This document shows, in pieces, positions 47,533-54,603 of a stretch of DNA of 56,129 bases. The notes under the pieces were generated by a model. The model ran no database searches. It was not told where the DNA came from and saw only the letters and a list, made by a program, of their open reading frames with translations. Made by a program: the position numbers and the translations under genes. Within the stretch, counting starts at the first letter, position 1, and every line of letters starts with the position of its first letter. Source of the stretch: Candidatus Parcubacteria bacterium (GTDB lineage: Bacteria > Patescibacteriota > Patescibacteriia > PEXW01); contig QZJU01000008.1 of assembly GCA_003597955.1 (NCBI GenBank), positions 1 to 56,129 on the forward strand, written 5' to 3'.

Positions 47533-48138
47533 TTAAATGCTCCGGCGGCCTTTTAAGGCATCGCCCAGGGTGACCTCATCAGCGTATTCCAAATCCGCGC
47601 CCAAAGGCAAGCCCCGGGCCAGCCGAGAAAGCTTGATTTTCAGTGGCCGCAGCAATTTGGCCAGATACAGAATGGTTGTCTCGCCTTCAACATCTGGATT
47701 GAGCGCAAAAATAACCTCGACGATCGGCGGTTCGGAATTTTTGATCCGATTCAGAAGCCCATTGATGTTCAGGTCATCGGCCGTCACGCCGGTGAGAGGG
47801 TTTAAAACCCCGCCCAAGACATGGTAAACGCCCCAAAATTCCCCGGTGCGCTCGATAGCGGCCAAGTCTTGAGTTTCAGCCACCACACCAATAAGAGTGC
47901 GATCGCGCTTTTCATCCAGGCAGATTTTGCAGGGCGAGCTGGAATTCCATTGCCCGCAAACTGCGCATTTCTTAATTCGGTCTTTGACCTCCAAAATGTG
48001 CTTGGTCAGCAATTTGCGGTCATCGTCCCGCATTTTAACAATGTGAAACGCCAGCCGCTCCGCGGATTTTGGGCCAATGCCCGGCAAGCGGTTGAGAGCG
48101 TCAATAAGATTTTGCAAACTCTCGGCGTAGAGTGCCAT
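47533..48138 (-). CDS. recR: Recombination protein RecR
   Basis: HhH LPGIGPKSAERLAFH, Cys4 CAVCGQWNSSSPCKIC, Toprim region. Confidence 0.95.
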   Translation of the reverse strand: MALYAESLQNLIDALNRLPGIGPKSAERLAFHIVKMRDDDRKLLTKHILEVKDRIKKCAVCGQWNSSSPCKICLDEKRDRTLIGVVAETQDLAAIERTGEFWGVYHVLGGVLNPLTGVTADDLNINGLLNRIKNSEPPIVEVIFALNPDVEGETTILYLAKLLRPLKIKLSRLARGLPLGADLEYADEVTLGDALKGRRSI

Positions 48139-48147
48139 TTTTTGATT

Positions 48148-48441
48148 TTAGCCCAAATTCGGCAAACCGCCCATGTCTTTTACCTTTTTGGCCATTTTAT
48201 GCTGGGCTTTTTTTATGGCGTCATTGACCGCGTCCTGAACGCCCTTTTGCACATCCGCCGCTCGGTTGGGCGAGAGCAAGTCCGGATCGATGAAAACAGT
48301 TTGCACGCTTTGGTTGCCGTCCATGGAAATTTTTACTTTGCCCCAGGCGCCGCTGCCTTCCACATTTTCCTCTTTGAGGGCGCTTTGGATTTTTTTGGCT
48401 TGGTCGCGGTAGTCTTTGATTTGCTTGAGTTTTTCGAACAT
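48148..48441 (-). CDS. ybaB: YbaB/EbfC family nucleoid-associated protein
   Basis: 97 aa, ...GSGAWGKVKISMDGNQSV..., located upstream of recR as in many bacteria. Confidence 0.85.
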   Translation of the reverse strand: MFEKLKQIKDYRDQAKKIQSALKEENVEGSGAWGKVKISMDGNQSVQTVFIDPDLLSPNRAADVQKGVQDAVNDAIKKAQHKMAKKVKDMGGLPNLG

Positions 48442-48468
48442 ATTTTATTGGAATTAAGATTAAAGTTT

Positions 48469-49851
48469 TTAAACCGGGGGCGGGCCGACTACGCTTTCGT
48501 CGGCCTTGCTTTCAAATCTGACCTTGTTTTCGTTGAAAATTAATTCCACATGGCCGGTCGGGCCGTTGCGGTGCTTGGCAATGTGGATTTCCGCCAGATT
48601 TTTTTTCAAAGGGTCGATGTCGCGGTCATACATAGCCGGTCGGTAAATAAACATCACCACATCCGCGTCTTGCTCAATAGAGCCGGATTCCCGCAAATCC
48701 GCCAATTGCGGAATCTTTCTTTCCCGGTTTTCTACCGCCCGGGATAATTGCGACAGGGCAATAACAGGGATATTTAATTCCCGTGCGATGGCTTTTAAGC
48801 CACGGGTGATTTCCGCCACTTCCTGCACCCGGTTTTCCACGCCATAGCGGCCTTCCATCAATTGCAGATAGTCGACGACGATCATGCCTAATCCATGTTC
48901 GGCCTGCAAGCGCCGGGCTTTGGTGCGCATCATCATGACATTGCTAGTGGCGGAATCATCGATGTAAATCGGGGCCTCTGAAAGAATGCCCATGGCATGG
49001 CCGATCTTTGGGAAATCATTGTCTTCCGGATTGTCTGAGAGACGGCCTGTGCGCATTTTCCATAAATCCACGCCGGCTTCGGCGCAGAGCATGCGGTCGA
49101 CCAGCTGTTCTTTGGACATTTCCAGCGAAAACAAACCAACGGGTACACCGGTGTTAATTGCCGCGTGCCGGGCGAAATCCAGAGCCAAAGAAGTTTTGCC
49201 CATGCTAGGCCGAGCGGCGACGATTACCAAATCGCTTTTTTGAAAACCGGCCAGAAGTTTATCTATGTCTGGAAAGCCGCTGGTGATGCCCCGGAGCTTG
49301 CCCGCGCCTTTGTGTAATTCGTCGATGCGGTCGAAAGCTTCGGAAAGTACAGAACGAATAGGAATGAAATTTTGCTTTAAGTATCTTTGGGAGACCGAAA
49401 AGATTGATTGTTCGGCCGCGTCCAATAGCTGCTCCACATCCTCGGCTTCCTGGTAGCCGATGCTGGTAATTTCCGAAGCGGCGCTTAAAAGCCGGCGCAA
49501 GGTGGCTTTTCTTTGCACGATGTTGGCATAATTCACCACATTACTGGCCGTTGGCACGACATTCGCCAGCGAAGTCAATGCGCTTAAGCCCCCGATTTTT
49601 TCCAAGATTTTCCTTTCTTCCAGCCGATTGGATAGACTGACTACATCGATCGGTTCGTGCCGCTCATACAAGTCTTGCATGGCTTCGAATATCCAGCCAT
49701 GGACATCTCGGTAAAAGTCTTCCGGCCGCAAAATATCTGCGACTTTGATAATTGCGTCTTTGTCGATTAAAAGCGAGCCCAGTAGGGCTTGTTCGGCCTC
49801 CAAGTTTTGCGGCGGAATTTTGTCGGTTGGTTTTAATTGGCCGTCTGACAT
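48469..49851 (-). CDS. dnaB: Replicative DNA helicase DnaB
   Basis: PPQNLEAEQALLGSLL, Walker A ARPSMGKTSLAL, IVVDYLQLM, SQLSR. Confidence 0.96.
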   Translation of the reverse strand: MSDGQLKPTDKIPPQNLEAEQALLGSLLIDKDAIIKVADILRPEDFYRDVHGWIFEAMQDLYERHEPIDVVSLSNRLEERKILEKIGGLSALTSLANVVPTASNVVNYANIVQRKATLRRLLSAASEITSIGYQEAEDVEQLLDAAEQSIFSVSQRYLKQNFIPIRSVLSEAFDRIDELHKGAGKLRGITSGFPDIDKLLAGFQKSDLVIVAARPSMGKTSLALDFARHAAINTGVPVGLFSLEMSKEQLVDRMLCAEAGVDLWKMRTGRLSDNPEDNDFPKIGHAMGILSEAPIYIDDSATSNVMMMRTKARRLQAEHGLGMIVVDYLQLMEGRYGVENRVQEVAEITRGLKAIARELNIPVIALSQLSRAVENRERKIPQLADLRESGSIEQDADVVMFIYRPAMYDRDIDPLKKNLAEIHIAKHRNGPTGHVELIFNENKVRFESKADESVVGPPPV

Positions 49852-49949
49852 AGGGTCTAATTATCTTACCTGGCTTAGATAGTCAAAGCAAGGTGGTTAA
49901 ATCCCCAGTTTTTCCACTTTTTTCAACATTTATGATATGCTGATTTTCT

Positions 49950-50483
49950 ATGTCAGACTCGCAACAAGTATTAGTTGTTTTGGATGTGGAAACCACCGGT
50001 TTAAGACCCGAAGAAGGGCACGAAATTATCGAGGTGGCCGTCCAAAAGATTCAGGACCGGCAGGTTATTGGGGAATTTGTAAGCCTGGTAGCCACGAACC
50101 GGATCATTGACGCAGAAACCGAGAAAGTTCACGGCATCACCAATGCTTTATTAGCCGTCGAAGGCAAACCGGCTTCTGAAGTTTTTCCTAAATTGATAGA
50201 GTTTATCGGTACGGCGCCGATTGTCGGGCATAATGTCGGTTTTGACATGGCCTTTATCAATTCGCATTTAAAAAGGTTGGATTTGCCGATTCTGGACAAC
50301 CCGCTATTAGACACCATTGCGCAAGCGAAAAGATTGCTGCTGATCCCTAGCTACAGTTTGGAAAAAGTCGCGGCGTACTTCAAAATTCCCCAGCCCCAGG
50401 CGCATCGCGCCAAAGCGGATGTAGAAACCACGCGTGAAGTGTTTTGGAAATTAGTCGAGCGGGCTAAGCAGCAGAAAGCCTAA
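49950..50483 (+). CDS. DnaQ-like 3'-5' exonuclease (DEDDh)
   Basis: Exo motifs VVLDVETTGL, GHNVGFDMAFI, HRAKADVETT. Confidence 0.88.
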   Translation: MSDSQQVLVVLDVETTGLRPEEGHEIIEVAVQKIQDRQVIGEFVSLVATNRIIDAETEKVHGITNALLAVEGKPASEVFPKLIEFIGTAPIVGHNVGFDMAFINSHLKRLDLPILDNPLLDTIAQAKRLLLIPSYSLEKVAAYFKIPQPQAHRAKADVETTREVFWKLVERAKQQKA

Positions 50484-50796
50484 AAGCGTTTGCGGGTGGC
50501 CATATAGACGACCCCCAAAACCACGACCAATAAAATTACGACGAATAATTGACCTCCGGACATATAAACTTAGTATATCTTAAACCAGGAGTGATAGGAA
50601 TATTGCGCTTGAAATTTTTTTAAATATGAGGCACAATAGCGTCATTAAGAATTGCCATGCGTTTATAGTCCCGAACCCGCCATACGGGGGGCCGCGGATC
50701 CTCGTTCCGCCGCAGAGCGGCGAGAACGGGACTCAATTCAGAGATTTACACTTAAAAACTGTTCAGATTAAAATTATAAGCCAAAGCAGAATTTAC

Positions 50797-50872
50797 GCGC
50801 CTATAGCTCAATTGGCAGAGCAGGGGCCTTTTAAGCCCAAGGTTGGAGGTTCGATTCCTCCTGGGCGCACCA
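50797..50872 (+). tRNA. tRNA-Lys (anticodon UUU), CCA encoded
   Basis: GCGCCTA-TA-GCTC-AATTGGCA-GAGC-A-GGGGC-CTTTTAA-GCCCA-AGGTT-GGAGG-TTCGATT-CCTCC-TGGGCGC-A-CCA. One G-A mismatch at 27:43. Confidence 0.9.
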
Positions 50873-52309
50873 ACTAGAAAATGAGGCGCTTTGCGCCGCC
50901 ACAGCCCAGCCCAAATGGGCTTCAAATCGCAGCGTTTTGCCTTTCAAAAGAAAGTTCGAGCCGATATTTTTCATTGAATTCTTAATTTCCAAGAGGTCGC
51001 GCGAGATTGCGACTTTTTTGGCTTGCTTGCTTAGTAAAATGAATTCTCGCATGGGTTCGAGCCAAACCAAACCCTCGCCCCGGAGTTGAGCGAATTTTTC
51101 CTCAATTCTCACTTTTTCATTTACTAGGGTGTCTTTCTTGGATAAATACTCCGAAGTGGAAATAGATCGCTCTAGCTTTGCGTCTAAAAGATTGTCCAAT
51201 TTCTTTTCAACAACGATCAACGTATCTTTTTTCTCTTGGGCGAGGGCTTTAGTGGTTTGCTCATTACGTTCTTTTTCCGTATCTAGCTTCGCCAGCATTT
51301 TATCAGCCCAATCATCACGAATAGAATGGCTGGTTAAAGTCGCCCTCATTTGCTCAACCAGTGCTTCTTCACGCAAGAATTTAGTTTCGCATTTGCCTTT
51401 CTTCTTAGTGCAACGGTAGTACGTATGTCCTTTCTGGCTTTCAGCTGTAATGTAGCAGCCGCAAGAAGCGCATTTCATCAAACCAAGAAAGGCAAAGTTG
51501 TGTTTCTTTACTTCCCTCGCGCGACCTCGTTTACGCATCATCGCCCGGGCCTTATCAAATAAATCTCTAGAAATGAATGTGTCGTGGCTTCCTTGGTACG
51601 TTTCATCCCAGTAAGTGAACACGCCGACGTAAAAGGTATTTTTCAGCATGTTTTGCATCATACTGGCGGAAAACGGATGCCCCCAGTGGCTTTTAATTTT
51701 GGCTTTGGTATTGCACCATTTGGCAAGCGCATCTAGTGTCCAGTCGCCGGTTAAGTACATAGCGAAAATTTTCTTCACTATCTTGGCTTCTCGCTTTTCA
51801 ATCAGCACTTTTCTGCTCTTCGGGTCATTAAAGTAACCAAGTGGTGCCATAGACGGCCACTCACCACGGCGTAGTTTTTGTCTCAAGCCCCGTTTTACGT
51901 TTTCCGAGAGATTGTCCACGTAGTACTTGGATTGCCCAAAGGCAATATTCAGCATGAATTTCCCTTGCGGCGTGTTCTCAAACCAAAATGTGGGGAATTT
52001 CAGGTTTTGAATTTTATCCCTATCGGTCAGGTAAATGACCTGCCCACCGTCTACGGGGTTTCTAGCTAATCTGTCGGGGTGCCAGGCGATGATGCCATTG
52101 GCTTCGCCTTTTTCAATTCTCTTGAGCATCTCATTGAAGATTTTTCGCCCGGGTTCTTTGGCAGTTTTTGCCTCGCAGAGCGAGGCGACGATTTCAAGTT
52201 TTTCTTTGGCGGCAAATTCTTTTAATTCATCAATTTGAGATTCAATACTTAAAACCTGACGATCCTCCTCGTCAGTGGATTTTCTGGCGTAGAGAAAATA
52301 TTTATCCAT
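50831..52309 (-). CDS. Large serine recombinase 1 (resolvase/invertase catalytic domain + recombinase + zinc-ribbon domains)
   Basis: N-terminal YARKSTDEEDRQVLSIESQ (catalytic Ser context), DRLARNP, Cys cluster CASCGC...YYRCTKKKGKC, coiled-coil tail. The last 13 codons are antisense to tRNA-Lys. Confidence 0.88.
   Translation of the reverse strand: MDKYFLYARKSTDEEDRQVLSIESQIDELKEFAAKEKLEIVASLCEAKTAKEPGRKIFNEMLKRIEKGEANGIIAWHPDRLARNPVDGGQVIYLTDRDKIQNLKFPTFWFENTPQGKFMLNIAFGQSKYYVDNLSENVKRGLRQKLRRGEWPSMAPLGYFNDPKSRKVLIEKREAKIVKKIFAMYLTGDWTLDALAKWCNTKAKIKSHWGHPFSASMMQNMLKNTFYVGVFTYWDETYQGSHDTFISRDLFDKARAMMRKRGRAREVKKHNFAFLGLMKCASCGCYITAESQKGHTYYRCTKKKGKCETKFLREEALVEQMRATLTSHSIRDDWADKMLAKLDTEKERNEQTTKALAQEKKDTLIVVEKKLDNLLDAKLERSISTSEYLSKKDTLVNEKVRIEEKFAQLRGEGLVWLEPMREFILLSKQAKKVAISRDLLEIKNSMKNIGSNFLLKGKTLRFEAHLGWAVAAQSASFSSWCAQEESNLQPWA
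50867..50945. repeat. IR-A left copy (79 bp, begins with the tRNA 3' end GCACCA)
   Basis: Base-for-base reverse complement of 52376-52454, checked by hand. Confidence 0.9.
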
Positions 52310-52327
52310 ACCTTTGTAAAGTTAATG

Positions 52328-52358
52328 ATAAAGAGGGGGGAAAGTGCGCTTTTGGCCC
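52328..52358 (-). promoter_or_regulatory. Shared upstream motif, copy upstream of recombinase 1
   Basis: On the minus strand reads GGGCCAAAAGCGCACTTTCCCCCCTCTTTAT, 19-49 nt upstream of the recombinase 1 ATG. Near-identical motif at 52594-52623 upstream of the XRE gene. Confidence 0.5.
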
Positions 52359-52375
52359 CCTGCGCTAACGCGCAG

Positions 52376-52454
52376 GAAAGGCAAAACGCTGCGATTTGAA
52401 GCCCATTTGGGCTGGGCTGTGGCGGCGCAAAGCGCCTCATTTTCTAGTTGGTGC
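52376..52454. repeat. IR-A right copy (79 bp, ends with TGGTGC)
   Basis: Perfect reverse complement of 50867-50945. Confidence 0.9.
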
Positions 52455-52542
52455 AGTCTTTTTGAGAAAATACGAACCGAGTTTGCGGGCGGCGGCTCGC
52501 GCGCGGAGGAGACCCAGCCGCCGCCCGCTGCCGCGCCGTTTT
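52449..52542. repeat. IR-B left copy (94 bp, begins with TGGTGC; contains a 12-bp GC hairpin)
   Basis: Perfect reverse complement of 54606-54699. Overlaps IR-A by the 6-bp core. Confidence 0.9.
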
Positions 52543-52593
52543 AAAAACTGCCAAAGAACCCTAGAGGAAAAATATCGGCTCTCACTTTCTTTT

Positions 52594-52623
52594 GGGCCAA
52601 AAGCGCACTTCCCCCTTCTTTGT
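52594..52623 (+). promoter_or_regulatory. Shared upstream motif, copy upstream of the XRE gene
   Basis: GGGCCAAAAGCGCACTTCCCCCTTCTTTGT, 63-92 nt upstream of ATG 52686. Confidence 0.5.
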
Positions 52624-52685
52624 TGATTAGTCCACTTTGGACTATTCCATACTGGACTATATCATGAATATGTGGAACAATCAAT

Positions 52686-52907
52686 ATGCAAGACGATATA
52701 TACTCAAAAGAGCATAAAAAACTCATAGTACGCATAATACAAGCCCGAAAAGAGGCAGGATTAAGCCAGGTGGAAGCTGCTAAGCGACTTGGGCGATCCC
52801 AGTCTTATATTTCTAAAATGGAAGTGGGGCAGAGAAAAATTGACGTTATTGAGTTGAAAAAAATCGCAAGAATTTACGACAAACCGCTTAATTATTTTAT
52901 TAACTAA
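52686..52907 (+). CDS. XRE-family helix-turn-helix transcriptional regulator
   Basis: ARKEAGLSQVEAAKRLGRSQSYISKMEVGQRKIDVIELKKIA, a typical HTH_3 domain. Confidence 0.88.
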   Translation: MQDDIYSKEHKKLIVRIIQARKEAGLSQVEAAKRLGRSQSYISKMEVGQRKIDVIELKKIARIYDKPLNYFIN

Positions 52908-52911
52908 ACCT

Positions 52912-53727
52912 ATGAGCGACACAACGAAAACGAAGGCTTGTCCACGGTGCAAAACACAAATCGATGCAAAAGCATCTAAATGCCCAAATTGCCACAGCGA
53001 TCTACGCAACTGGTTTATACGTCATCCGATTTGGACAATCCTTATTCTACTTGTAGCAATCGGGATAATTAGTAGCGCTGTGAGCAACAGTGAAAATACT
53101 AACCAAGCTACTTCTAATAACACCGCCACATCCATAAACGAAAATGCAGCTCAGACTAATACTAATAGTGATGAGCAGGCAACCGATATTAGCCAATCCG
53201 TCAATGAAAGTGGAACAACAGGGGAAGTCATCAAAACAAATTCTACGACCTCAGCTAACACTAATCAAAGTCCAACACCAGAGCCAACATCAAGCGTAAC
53301 AGTTAGCCAAAAAAATGCCGTTGCACAAGCAAAATCCTACTTAAGCACTTCTGCATTTTCTCACGATGGGTTGGTTGCTCAATTGGAGTATGAAAAGTTT
53401 TCGCACGCTGACGCTGTTTATGGTGCTGATAACTCTGGCGCTGACTGGAACGTACAAGCCGTTAAAAGTGCAAAATCGTATTTAGCTACTTCTGCTTTTT
53501 CACTTGGTGGTTTAATAAACCAGTTGAAATACGATAAATTCACTCAAGCGCAGGCAGAACATGGGGCTAATAACTCTAATGCTGATTGGAATGAGCAAGC
53601 TGTTAAATCGGCAAAATCGTATATGGAAACATCAAACTTTTCACGCGATAGTTTAATTGCGCAGCTAAAGTACGACCAATTTACTCAAGCCCAAGCAGAA
53701 TATGGAGCTGGTGCAGTTGGACTATGA
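52912..53727 (+). CDS. Membrane-anchored protein with N-terminal zinc ribbon and three Ltp-like (phage superinfection-exclusion lipoprotein family) repeats
   Basis: CPRCKTQIDAKASKCPNCH, TM IWTILILLVAIGIISSAV, Asn/Thr/Ser-rich linker, then three copies of A(V/Q)KSAKSYL.TSAFS..GL..QL.Y.KF..A.A.YGA.NS.ADWN. Confidence 0.75.
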   Translation: MSDTTKTKACPRCKTQIDAKASKCPNCHSDLRNWFIRHPIWTILILLVAIGIISSAVSNSENTNQATSNNTATSINENAAQTNTNSDEQATDISQSVNESGTTGEVIKTNSTTSANTNQSPTPEPTSSVTVSQKNAVAQAKSYLSTSAFSHDGLVAQLEYEKFSHADAVYGADNSGADWNVQAVKSAKSYLATSAFSLGGLINQLKYDKFTQAQAEHGANNSNADWNEQAVKSAKSYMETSNFSRDSLIAQLKYDQFTQAQAEYGAGAVGL

Positions 53728-53805
53728 CAGTTACGGAAAAGTTGAATTAGATTTTTCACAAAAGAAAACACCAGAGACAACGATCACGTTCAATAAAATA
53801 TTAGT

Positions 53806-54522
53806 ATGGGATTTTTGAGAATATTTAGCAAAAGTAAGGATAAGCGAAAAGCAGAATGCCCTTATTGCAGTAGTGCCCTCGAAAAACCGCCAGCTAGAAA
53901 GACGAAATGCCCGCACTGCGGGAAATATATTTTTGTTCGGACACATCCAAAGAATCGTGAGCGTGTCGTCGTAACCGAAGAACAAGCAGCCGCAATAGAT
54001 AATGAGTGGCTCGTACAGCAAACCGCCAGTGACCCGTCATTGGGCGGCGAGGAAGAATTTTACCAAGAAAAGGAGATTTTACAGAAACGTTTTGGGAAAG
54101 TGCCATCCGTAAGTGATATTAAGTGGGGGCTGCTAAATAAACGGGCCGGAGAGGCAATGAAAAAATCAGATTTCTCAGCCCTGTCAGGTATTTATTTTCA
54201 AATGGCACTTCAGAAACACGAGGAGGGAAAGGACTGTCACATGGAGCAAGCCCAAGCCCAAAAAATGCAACTCATGGCTTTAAAACAAAATGATGTAGTC
54301 GGCCGTGTTGAGATATTTTCTAAGGATGGCTGTGAAGAATGTCAAAAACTGAATGGGAAGAAATTTAGTGTTGAAGAAGCGCTAAAATATAATCCCCTCC
54401 CTGTAATCCACTGCACTCATAAGTTAAATAAAAATGCTCCGAGTAGTTGGTGTCGCTGTACTTATTTACCAATCGTTTCAGATGATGTTGATTTGAAAGG
54501 AGCTTGGTTGGGCGATAAATAG
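53806..54522 (+). CDS. Hypothetical protein with N-terminal zinc ribbon and C-terminal Cys motif resembling the phage Mu gpF / SPP1 gp7 head-morphogenesis domain
   Basis: CPYCSS...CPHCGKYIFV; C-terminus DGCEECQKLNGKKFSVEEA...PLPVIHCTHKLN...WCRCTY. The domain assignment is from memory only. Confidence 0.45.
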   Translation: MGFLRIFSKSKDKRKAECPYCSSALEKPPARKTKCPHCGKYIFVRTHPKNRERVVVTEEQAAAIDNEWLVQQTASDPSLGGEEEFYQEKEILQKRFGKVPSVSDIKWGLLNKRAGEAMKKSDFSALSGIYFQMALQKHEEGKDCHMEQAQAQKMQLMALKQNDVVGRVEIFSKDGCEECQKLNGKKFSVEEALKYNPLPVIHCTHKLNKNAPSSWCRCTYLPIVSDDVDLKGAWLGDK

Positions 54523-54603
54523 AGAAGAATTTGCCGCCAAAGAGGATAATTTGATAAAATTATCTTCAGCGCCGCAAGAGCGGCGCAGAAAAACTTGAAA
54601 TCG

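Noticed and set aside
47821-48543. 240-aa + strand ORF
   Set aside because: It is antisense to recR and ybaB, both of which have clear family motifs. It is a shadow ORF.
50480-50563. 27-aa minus-strand ORF MSGGQLFVVILLVVVLGVVYMATRKRF (single TM helix) after the exonuclease gene
   Set aside because: It is plausible as a small membrane protein but too short to support without conservation or expression data. No obvious RBS.
50626-50877. 83-aa + strand ORF
   Set aside because: It runs through the GC-rich hairpin and the tRNA-Lys gene and is not coding.
52344-52626. ORFs 52344-52544 and 52396-52626 (+), plus 54462-54728 (-), as independent genes
   Set aside because: They are translations of the inverted-repeat copies. 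ORF 52344-52544 is informative only as the alternative C-terminus recombinase 1 would acquire after inversion.
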